A DNA stretch of 64,000 nt, taken from positions 200,153 to 264,152 of the forward strand of contig NMRA01000274.1 in NCBI GenBank assembly GCA_002633005.1, in the 5' to 3' direction. Numbering within the stretch: position 1 is the first letter of the stretch; each line of letters opens with the position of its first letter. The DNA is from Phoronis australis (taxonomy: Eukaryota > Animalia > Phoronida). The translations under genes were made by a program, and so were the position numbers. Under the pieces are notes generated by a model that ran no database searches, was not told the origin of the DNA, and worked only from the letters and a program-made list of their open reading frames with translations. Below, one piece after another: positions 50,201-62,200 of this stretch.

Positions 50201-53200
50201 ACACCAGCATTAGGTGACTTCTGTGAATCGCTTAGTGGTGCTACAGTTGTTATTCAGTTATTTATATTCTTGTATCTAGACCATTGAGCCAACATCATTC
50301 GCCACTGCTCCCATCATATTTGGAGACTTCATGAAGATGGGGGCCGAGAAGGCGGACAGATTGTATGAGGAAATCACACAGATGGACAAGCTGAAAGGAA
50401 TTCTTACAGACGTAAGCCGACAATTGTTTTGTTGATCATTATTTATCAGTTAATTTAATCACCTAAACACCATTTTGGTTTTGAGTAATACGTTAAGTTC
50501 ATTCAACCAAAATAACAGCTATGTCATGGTAGTGTTTTCAATTGGTGATTTTTTGCTGGGAAATTGCCGCAGTACTCTATGTTTCTACTCTCAAAGTGGC
50601 ACCTGGTGGTCATTGAGTATCCCAGTATCACGTGTTCACTGGTTCTCGTCTCTTAAATCTTACAGTACTTGGATGACCTCAACATGTCCTCGTCAAAGGA
50701 GATGAAGCTTGTGTTCTTCATGGACGCCATAGAGCACGTGTCACGTATTGCACGCATGATTCGACAGGACCGTGGCAACGCCCTCCTGGTGGGGGTGGGT
50801 GGCACTGGTAAACAGTCCTTGACTAGGTAAGGGACCAATGAGTGAGCTTTGTTCATACTTTCTGAATTTGTTTAACCCAAATGATCTTTTGGTGACGAGT
50901 ATAAACAATGTTTGAATAGCGACAGGGAATGTCCTCCATTTTCAACCTACATTTTGAAAAATGACAGACTTTGGAGGAAATGACTAGAAACCACAAACTA
51001 TTAAAGCAACATCCATGACTTGCAAAACCTTGAGCGTTAAGCATTGGTTTGTTTTATTAGCATGGTAATTCTTCGCTTATCTCGCACAAAAATAATTCTC
51101 AAAATAATCATTTTTCCATTCTTCAAAGGCTGATTGCTTGACTGCAAATATTGGAAAAATTGCCAAAATTTGTTTTATGACATTACACAATACAAACAGT
51201 GCTTGTAATAGACTGCAATTTTCTTAATCTTTATTTTTGTTGAAAAACTTGTAGAGTTTCACTCGACGGTCATATTGTGTGCTAAATACATAAAGAATTA
51301 CCTGGGTAATTTTCTCGTGATGTCTGACTTCTCGCTGTTTGCAGGTTGGCTGCTCACATCAATGGCTACAAGTGTTTCCAGATTGAACTGTCGCGAGGCT
51401 ACGACTACGCGGCATTCCACGATGACCTGAAGAAACTGTACGACATGGCAGGAGCCAAGAATGAGCACACTGTGTTTCTCTTCACAGATACACAGGTATA
51501 GTGTCGGGTTTTGTTTTTAGAAGAATGTAGTGTCTTATCTCTGTTGTTATTTTTTCCAGACAGGTGTATTTTGAATTTTCAAACTTGTTTTAGATATTGT
51601 GTGAGTTTTCTGAAGGAATATCTTCAACTCTTTATGATGTCTTGCAAGACATAAACCATATTTTTGAAAAAATTGTTAAAAGTGATTCCTCAGTGTTATT
51701 TTCTAAAACTTGATTACTTGTTGTTTGGTGACTTAGGGCTCATCAGTGATACAATTAGATTGTGAAGATTTTAATGTGAACAAGATAATTTATTTTGTAC
51801 TAAAAAGAGTCTTAATTTAGGTAACTGTTGTCTCGTATTTGCTGACTTTGAGGCTAAACTCATGAAAAATGTGTTTTGTAGATTGTTGTTGAAGAATTCC
51901 TTGAAGACATAAACAACATTCTAAACTCTGGCGAGGTGCCAAATCTTTTTGAACCTGACGAGTACGAGAAACTCATCATTGGGTGTCGCCCTGGTGCAAA
52001 AGAGGCAGGTATCCCAGAAGGCAACAGGGACCTGATCTTTGACTTTTGCATCAACCGAGTGCGCAATAATCTTCACGTGGTGTTGTGCATGAGTCCAGTT
52101 GGCAGCGCTTTCAGGTCACGTTGTCGTATGTTCCCCTCGCTTGTCAACTGTTGCACCATTGATTGGTTCATTGAGTGGCCAGAAGAGGCGCTGCTGGGTG
52201 TGTCTGCGTCGTTCTTTGAACAAGTAGATCTTGGAGATGATGAACTGAAGGTAATGTGGCATTTTGATTGTTGGTTTGCTAAATATGAAAGGAAACCTTT
52301 TATCTGATATTTCGTTCCTTCATACTGACAGTAAATGAGATGAGAGTAATGCTTAGCCTTGTGTATCATCTAAATATGATGAAATTAAACAGATTTTTGT
52401 GATGTAGAGCAAAGCTGGCCTTCAAACTAATACTTCTGAAATTTCTCCAACAGTTTCTTGAAGGTTAGAATTTTAATGCAGAAGAATTAAATACTGACGA
52501 CAGTTGATAATTCTCGTCGCTTTTGTCGTTGCCAGCCCAAGATGGCGGAGATGTGTGTAACTATACACACCAGTGTCAGTGCAATGGCGGAGAGGTACTA
52601 TAGTGAGTTGAAGAGACGCTACTACACCACGCCAACCAGTTACCTGGAACTCATCAATCTCTACTTGTCCATGTTGTCACAGAAGAAAAAGTGAGTTGTC
52701 AACAACCAGGTATCGGTTTAACAATACCAGACACAAACTATAACTTGATATGGCCCGACTTGTTTATTGTTTGATACAACATCACAATTTTCTTCTACAT
52801 AGAGAAAGGTTCACATTAAGGGATTTATGTCCAGCAAAGGTATATTAGCAGTATAATTTTATTCTATGGTGCTTGGTGGCTTTTGCTGTAAGAGTGGTAG
52901 TTTGACGTCTATTGACGTTGTGGCTGGTTTCTCAAAATGAAGCCATGCACATTGAATTCTGGGATGGCTGCCGCCAGTCCACTGCCATGTGGCAAAATTG
53001 TAATTGCATAAAGGTTTGCCACCCTGTTAACTTCCCTGTTCATTCCTGTTCATTCTTGGACAATAAGGAAGACTGCTCTGATGATGAATTTGGCTTCTGC
53101 TCATCCGTCATGATGGAATTCTGGGTCATTTTGTCGGAATACTTTCAGTTTGTGCTGTAATTATTTTCTAAATAATCACCACTTGTAGGCAACTAATAGC

Positions 53201-56200
53201 AGCTAGAGACCGCGTCAAGAATGGTCTGACAAAGATCCTGGAGACAAACGAGCTCGTTGACACCATGCAGGTGGAACTGGTGGCGCTGGAACCAGAACTG
53301 AAACAAAAGTCGAAGGACACGGACGAACTCATGGAGAGATTAGCCGTGGATCAAGAAAAGGCTGATGCGGTAGGTGGCGTACTAGTTTGAGACTGTTTAA
53401 TAATAGCTGTATGTTACAATCTATCAATGTTAGAATGACGGTAATTATTTGGGTATTTTGCTCACAATATGGCCGACAAGTGAAATTCTGCTTTATTAAA
53501 TTTGTCCACAAAAGTTAAGATTTAGAACATTTTAGTCTAGAACAAGGCAGCATGGTTTGTAGTGTGCAGATGTCTCAGAACAATATTATTTGCTTAAGTT
53601 ACCATTATTTGCGATAGGTTATCAACCATTAAAAAATGGAGAATGACCATTGTGGTAATTATTTTTGTGCAAAATTAGTGGAAAATTACCATAGTAACTA
53701 GAAATTTTGGCCTGCCTTGTTTCAGAGCCTGTTTCTCACTACTGTTGGAAACTCAAAACATAACATTGAAACAAATACGAGTCCTGATTTTTGTGGAATT
53801 TCTAGTTGTGAAACAGAAGCTCATATTTATGTAGGTGCGAAAAGTGGTTATGGAAGACGAAGCTGTTGCCAAAGTGAAGGCTGAGGAAACGCAGGCGATT
53901 GCAGATGACGCCCAGAAAGACTTGGATGAGGCTCTGCCAGCTCTAGAGGGCGCTGTCAAAGCTCTGGATGCGTTAGACAAGAGCGACATTTCTGAAGTGC
54001 GTGTGTTCAGTAAACCACCCGAACTTGTGCAGACAGTAATGGAAGCTGTGTGCCTGTTGTGTAACTGCAAGTAAGTAGAGTAGCTGTGAGTAAGTTGAGT
54101 AGCTGCAAGTAAGTTGGGTAGCTGCAAGTAAGTAGAGTAGCTGCAAGTAAGTTTAGCTAATACTATTGAATGTAGTGTCAATTGCAAGTTGGTTGAGTAA
54201 CTGTGTGTGGGATTATTTCTTGAAGAAGATGCATTGTTTCCGTTTGCATTTCACCTTTCCACGATACTTCTGCTAATCTTGAATTTTTAAATTATGTTAC
54301 TAAATTGACCTCCAGTTTATAATAAGAACTTTGTGCGCTCCTGTGAGTATGCCATACTATTCACATCCAAACTTCTGCAGTCATGTTGTTCTTTACATTT
54401 ACGTTTTCTGCCCATTTGTAGGACTGACTGGGCATCAGCGAAAACTCTGCTTGGTGACGCCAACTTCCTGAAACGTCTGTACGACTACGACAAGGACAAC
54501 ATACCCGACTCCATGTTAAAGAAGCTCAAGAAGTATATAGACAATCCTAAGTTCAACCCAGAGGCAGTCTCCAAGGTATCCAAGGCGTGCACCTCGCTTG
54601 TCATGTGGGTCAATGCCATCAACCTATACGCGCACGTGTTCAGGACGGTGGAGCCGAAACGTCAGAAGTATGTCAACGTTTTCTTTTTTCATATTCTTAT
54701 TTCACTTTTGATTATTGGTGGCAAGCAGTTGCCTTATCAAAGTCTGTCCGTTGAGCATAAAAAATAAATGCACAACATGTTTAGGTTACCAGTCATGGTA
54801 GTGCCAGAGATTGGTAGACAGGATTTTGACTTGATAATAGTAATAAAAATAAGAATTGAATTAAGGCACAAGGAAATCGTAGATTTCTATAGATAAAAAG
54901 ACATCACTCATAGCTATTAAGTGCAATCTGACAAAGAGCTCGTCATCATAGTTCCTTCGCTTTGTGAGTCAGTCACAAGAGGGCACTAGCAGTCGGCTTG
55001 CATAATTCCACTATCATTTTATTGCTTTGAGTACTTCTTTACACATGATTCCATTTAAATCAATGAAAACAGTTTGTCCTTCATTCTCATATCACTATCT
55101 CTAAAGATTGGCTGCTGCTGAAGCAGAGCTTGCTGCTGTCATGAAAACGCTGAAAGAAAAGCAAGACAAGCTGGCGGCAGTCGAGGCCCAGATTGCTAAA
55201 CTACAGAAGTCGTACGACGACAGCGTGGCCGAGAAAAAGGCTCTGGAGAAGAATATCGGCCAGACCCAGGGGCGGCTGAAGCGTGCCTCCAAGCTGACGT
55301 CTGCTCTTGGCTCAGAGCAGATTAGATGGAGTGAGAATGTCAAGGTGAGTGGTGAGGCTGTTGGGACTACTTTCAAGTACCCTGCTATGTGTCAGTCACC
55401 AGGTGGCGAGACCATCTTGTCCGCTAGTCGGCTTACATGGAACTGCGAAACATATCGTGGAAATAAACAACATTTTATGAGTTCGTGCAAAAATAGTGCG
55501 TCAAAGTTTCTGGAAAATGGAAGCAGAAGTTGTCAGAGGCAGGAATGCTCGATATTACAAGATAATATCATGCTTTTCTGTCTCAAAATACTGCAATTGC
55601 TTACATAAAGAGATAATCTAACCAAATCTAAATATGATTATTATGGTCTAGTGTTGGTTTACAAAAGAAATGTGCTAACTGTTGATTTGTAGACCTTTTG
55701 AACTGACCTGCTGACCTCCCAAAGGAACACAAGCACATTATTTGCTACTAAACAAAGCTTAAGACGAGCATAAGACGAGCATTAATGCTATTGTCAAAAA
55801 TGACCTTAAGTTGAGCATTTTTTTCATCTCGTGCAAATCAGATAAGAATTATCAGGAAAAATTTTCACCAGTCTAGTGAAAAAAAATCTGTCATTTATTT
55901 TCCTCCTTGAGCTCATGACAAGTTAGTATATAAATTCATTTACTTTACAAGTATCATGAATTATTTGACTCCTGCAGATGACATGTTTCTTTTTTATACT
56001 CCTATAAAGATTTCAGGCTCAAGGAGATTTTTTTATTTTCCAGTTCATGTGAATTCTTAAATTGTATGTTGATATCTTGTATCTTTGCTTTCCCAGGAAT
56101 TCAACGCTGAAATTGGCAATGTCGTTGGCGATGTGTTTGTAGCTGCTGCTTGTGTGGCCTACTATGGAGCATTCACCAGTGTCTATCGCCAGGATTTGGT

Positions 56201-59200
56201 CAGGATGTGGATCGAGCACTGCCAGGAACTGCAGATCCCCATCTCACAGGGCATGTCCCTGACTAGTGTTCTGGCTGACCCCTACGAGATTCGCCAGTGG
56301 AATGCAGACGGCTTGCCTCGTGATCAGGTGTCTACAGAGAACGCCATCTTGGTCACCAGGGGACGCCGTTGGCCATTGATGATTGACCCTCAAGATCAGG
56401 TGATTTTCAGTGTTATGGGGCATTCTTGTTTTGTGTTTCTCATTTATAAAAAACTGGGGTATTTGACTATTTTGGTTTTTATGATTAAAATGAAATGATG
56501 ATTTAAAAAACTGTAACAGTGTTTGTGAGCTGTCATCTTGAATATTTTTATCAAACGAAATTTTTGTTAAATATGCTGTTGCTTTGGATGTAGCTTTTTG
56601 CAGTTTTGCTTCATTTGATAAAAATACGCTGTTTTGACACTTTAGGCGAACCGGTGGGTGAGAAACAAAGAGACGCGCAACGGTCTGAAGGTGATTAAGC
56701 TAACTGATGGTAACTTCCTGAGGACACTTGAAAACTGTATCCGTATAGGAATGCCGGTGTTACTGGAAGAGATTGGAGAGACACTTGACCCCTCGCTGGA
56801 ACCTGTCTTGTTGAAGCAGACGTTCACTCAGGTAAGAGAGGAGTTATAGTTTGATATTGCTGGACCCTAAATGGCAAATGTGACAATGAGTTCAAATTAA
56901 ACCAAATTTTTTTGTATGTTGTACATTGAAATGAATCGCGATCTTTGATGTGGGTACTTAAATATCCCTGAAGCAGTGTGTCCTTGCATTTCCTAGCAAT
57001 AACTACGAAAAAAATTAATCAGTGTTTGCAGAAAAGTCAGATCTTGTTTACTTTCAATTCCAAACAATTTGAAACCAATCGAAAATGATTAATAAGCACC
57101 TCAAAGTAACTGAAGGATTTATTGGAAATTGTTTTCCCAACAAATTATGCCTGTTCACAGATTTTGGTATTCTGTTTCACAAATTATAAAAAATTATTTG
57201 AATTTTGTCCCAGTCTTTGTTATTTTTGTTATTGTATATTTTTAGCATGGCACTGTGTCTGAAAAACTATATAGTATGACATAAATTTTGTAATATTTTG
57301 CTCACTCCGGATAATTTCTAAATGACTTGTATTATTAATTTTATTTTCATTTTATTGCTTTTGTTTTTATTGGGCATAACACAAATGTGATGTTAGCACT
57401 AAATTTTTGCATGTTTTAATAATTTAAATTGTTGATTTATTTGTTAATTGATTGTTGCTGATGTCTTAACCGTATCTCGCCATATTGTACAGGGTGGACG
57501 ACTACTAATTCGTCTGGGTGACAGTGACATCGACTACGACCGTAACTTCAAGTTCTACATGACTAGTAAGATGGCCAACCCTCACTACCTGCCTGAGATC
57601 TGTATTAAGGTGACCATTATTAACTTTACTGTCACCAAGTCGGGTCTTGAGGATCAGATTCTCAGGTAAAGTGGTTTGTTGATATTGTATTTGAATATTT
57701 AAATCTATATGTTAGCCAAAAGACTAATCTACAGCATGACCTTCTTAAGTCTATGACTTTCAATTATTAACTTAACGAGCTGCTGATTGGTCATTTTAGT
57801 GATGTGGTGAGCTTGGAGCGACCTGACCTTGAACAGCAGAGGAACCAGCTTATTGTGCGCATCAATGCAGACAAGAACCAGCTGAAGCAGATTGAGGATA
57901 GGATACTCAAGCTACTGTTTGAGTCGGAGGGAAACATTCTGGACAACGAAGACCTTATAAATACGCTCAACGAGTCTAAGGTAACGGAATTGTTAGTTTT
58001 GTAATATAGGTCATTACGTTTGTGTTTTTTAAAATGTTTTTCAATGGTGAATTTGGGTTTATAGTTAAAATATTGTGTTTGGAAGTTTTAGGTTAGAGAT
58101 TGTTCTATGTTCTTCTTTGAGTGAAGGTAGAAATGTTGTATTTTCCAATCGTGTTGTCTCCGGAATTAGTGAATTCTTACTTCTCCATTGCGAACCAATG
58201 CTCAGGCTAGACATCCATCTGCCAACTTCCTTTTTTCGTGTCAGTCATTTGTGTCTTGAATATGCTATTTTCCATGGCATGTGTAGGACCACTGTTTTGA
58301 CAGCGCCACTCCTCAATGATGTAAAGTGTTATTTATTTTTGAGCACATGGCAGTGAAATCAGGTGCCTTTGTTGCTGGTTACAGTGTTGCATGCATCTTA
58401 ATGTTTATCACCTGTCACTTCACAGGTTACTTCCAAAGTAATCACCGAACGTCTGGTGGAGGCCGAACAAACAGAAGAGAAAATTACAGTGGCGCGTGAG
58501 AAGTACCGCCCGGTAGCCGCCCGCGGCTCTGTCATGTACTTTGTCATCGCTGATGTCGGAAATATCGACCCCATGTACCAATTCTCTCTCAAATATTTCA
58601 AAGCGGTATGTTGATAAGTGAAAGTGAGACTCGTTTAATTACTAGGTCACGTGATGTAACTACATATGACTCCATAGTGTATCTACTCTATGCAAAAGCA
58701 AACGTTAACTGAGTGTTTCATGTAAGTTAAGTACTTGATGTTAAGTATTGCTTACTAGACGCACTTAGTAACATACCAGCATGGCCTTGGAATATCATTT
58801 GTGATTTATGTTATAATAATTTAAAATTTGTTTTCTTTAAACATTTTTGTTTCGTGTCCAAAACTTGGCTTGTGTCGGTATTTGAAGTCTGTGAATCGAA
58901 ATTTAATTTGTATGTAGCTTTATGTCCATGAGCCATGCTAATTTACTCTGCTCTTTACACTACGTTCAATGTTTGTTCATGTCGTTTTCCAGCTTTTCAA
59001 CAACACTATTGAAACTAGTGAGAAGTCGGACGATCTGCAAGAGAGGCTGCGCATCTGTTTAGACCAAACAACAATCACTGTATATGAGAATGTGGCAAGG
59101 TAATAACCCTGTGACGTCCTTAACTGTAGATGTGACTCTGGGTACATTATGACTTATGGGCTCTGATTGACTACTACTAAATGTAGAAAATGAAGCCACG

Positions 59201-62200
59201 GTGACTGCATTCTAAATCTTGTCTGCCACCATTTCAAAATAACTCCCATAACTGATTAAGTTTCTGCTCCAATTGTAATCTTTACACGAATCAATCACAG
59301 TTTGTCAATTTATCTCAATAACCAACAAATTCCACATCTTCACGTACACTATATGCCTGAAAGTATTTTTTTTGGATTAGGACCCTGTGTGGCGGAAAAG
59401 CGGAATTTCATTTTTCCAGATTTCTCAACAAGAAGTCAATCTTTCTTCGTTGTTTGCATAGGTTGAACCTAACAACTGCCTGATTGGTTCAGTTTTGACC
59501 ATCCGCGTCAGTGGAGTGAACCTTTCAATGTTGAAAAATATCAAATACAGCAGTTTCTGTTTTTCCGATTTGAGGAATTCTTACCATTTTTCATATAACT
59601 TTTATTTCGTTACAGAGGCTTGTTTGAGAAAGACAAGCTCGTTTTTTCGTTCATGCTGTGCGCCGAGATCATGAAACAGCAAGATAAGATATCTGTCGAG
59701 GAGTGGAACTACTTTCTGCGCGGGGCTGCTGGTGTGGAGAAAGAGAGACCACCAAAGCCTTCCGCGCCATGGTTGTCAAACAGCGTCTGGCACACGTGCT
59801 GTGATCTCAGCGAAATCTTACCAAGTTTTAGTGGAATCAATGAAAGTATAACCAAGACACCATGCTGGATTCAAATGGGTGATATTCTGGTAAGGCTTGT
59901 GAAAAAATTGTTCACTCGTTGTTATGACCTGCAGTAATGAAAGTGAGTCATTTTTCGAGCTCTTAAAATATATTTTTGAAGACAAACATGACAGTTTACG
60001 ATTTTTCGCTCAGATTCAAATTTGTTGTTTTTGGTCAAAAGTATTATAAGTGCCATGCTTGTTCAGTTGTTTACTATGAAAGGTTCATGACTGTACTGTT
60101 AACCGTCAATAAAATGAATGTGAAATTATATATAATTTTTGTATAGTTTAATCTGTAGAGCCTGAATTAAGTTAGAAATGTAATGCCTCATTTTGGTTGA
60201 GTATTTGCCGTACACTCCTGTGTGCCTCCCTGTATTATAGAGCTCTAACTTCATTCAAGAATTGTTGGTCATCTTTTTAATCTCGATCTCTGTGTTGCAA
60301 AATTGAGACTTTGTGGATTGAGGTAAATTTTCAGGAGAGTAATTGTGGCTGAAGTCAACCACTCATTGTGTTCCTATACGGTGTCTTTGCTACCTACTTC
60401 ACAGGTTGAGGCCAATCCTAAGGAGTCAAGCGAGTACATAGACGCGGCTGAGCCCACGTTCAGCAAGACAACGATCTCAACAGACTTTGGTGACGAGGAG
60501 ATTGACGTATTGGATGACAGTGGTGATAACTTGAAGGGACACTGGAATACACGTCTGTCAAGTTTCCAGAAAATTGTATTCATCAAGGCTTTCAGTGAGG
60601 AAAAGGTAAAGAACACTACGCAGTTCACTGGGCTCAGATTTCACTATCATACGAATCTTGACTGCTAAGCTATCTGTTGAGAGCTTGTAATACTACAATA
60701 TTTGGGTGCCAAGTAATTTGATCAGTTTGCGGTAGTATTGTGTCAATCATTCAAGTCATATTTACCTACCTCCATTTTAAAAATAGGGAAATAGAGTTTT
60801 TTGTATGTTATCAAGATTATTGTAATTTTTTGTTATATTGACCACCAAAGCTGAAAATTCTTGATTTTAACCCAAGTACAGTTTTTCATCATGGGTGGAA
60901 GACTCTACGTTCTGTATTTTAATTTGATAGGTGGTGTTTTCCATCACTGAGTTCGTTCGCGAGAATCTCGGCCAGCGATTCGTGGAAAGTCCGTCTGTTG
61001 ACCTCAATACTCTCTTCACAAACATGAACAAGGTCACGCCACTCGTGTTTGTACTGAGTACTGGCTCCGATCCCATGGGGGCCTTCTTGCGATTTGCCAA
61101 AGAGAAGGGATACTCAGACAGGTAGACATCATTTCAGTTCTAGTCTTGCAGCAAAGGTTGATTATGTGGTCTTGTGGCTTACTGAATCAGCATTTTATAA
61201 TGAAGTTGATATTACGCCTCTTTGAACAATGTAATTGTTGCTTGGTTCCTCAGTACTCGTTATGGAAAATCTGGGAAATGCAGAAAACATTTTCATGCAT
61301 GGAAAATTCATGGAAGTTGAAAAAGTGAAAAAGTCACAGAAAAGGCATGGAAAATTTGGTGTTAATAATATGAGATAAACTCATTTTGTGAATCGTTTTG
61401 CAATTTTATCAGTTATGGTGGGCAAAAAATTCCAAAAAGTTTAATTTTTGCAGAAAAAATAACTCAATGCAAAATGAATATTTAAATCCTGGTTATCTCA
61501 TGGAAAATGATGAAATATCATTAAATTCAGAATCTGCAAACAAGCCCCTCAGATATAGACCCACACCCACGAGCCTATTAAAGGAATTTCTGAATACTGT
61601 GTGAGCCTACTTTCATACATACAATTCAAAATTTCTACAGTTTGTTGGGTTTTCCACAATGAACAGTGCCTACTGTTGTCAAACAAAAACAAGACAATTA
61701 TCAGAAGCTATATGTTTTCAGCTAATTTACAAAATAAACTCAACTATGGGAAACATTGGGACCGTAGACTCTCGTAACTAATATGTTGGCCACCTGTTTT
61801 CAAAAGCATCCTTGGTTTTATATTTGGGAAAGAATGCCATTTTTTTGTAAAGTTCGTCTTGGTGTTTACTGTCAAAATCCTGATATGAGTGGGAGCTTTC
61901 TCTTGTTGGGCATTCAAGGTTCTTGTTATTCAACAGACATATTATCATAATTTATGCAATATTTCAGAGCTCCTAGTGGAAATAGGTGAGATGAGTCAAA
62001 GTTTCATTGTATTAACTGATATGTTATTGTTCTTTTTGGTGCTGCTTGTTAGAGCGACATCTATTGTTAAAACCAAAGTTTATTTAAGGTTGATTTTCAT
62101 TGAGGTTATTGACCTCCTAGGTAACTATTTATTGCTGAAATCTGAAGGATTCTTAATCGCTCGTAGACCACGTATTGCCTGCTGTTCACTCATTTGAGGC

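Noticed and set aside
54061-54155. CRISPR-like array
   Set aside because: No spacers; the unit derives from the exon end plus splice donor.
35193-55376. Antisense ORFs overlapping DNAH6 exons (for example 35193-35549, 53753-54187, 55101-55376)
   Set aside because: Shadow ORFs arising from codon bias of the dynein exons.
37400-58400. Slightly GC-richer intronic patches (about 38060-38340, 40720-40900, 52920-53150, 58150-58330) as a nested antisense gene
   Set aside because: Minus-strand frames are interrupted by stops and cannot be linked into a coherent spliced ORF.
61250-61550. Region with repeated CATGGAAAA motifs, possible MITE
   Set aside because: Could not define TIRs or a TSD with confidence.
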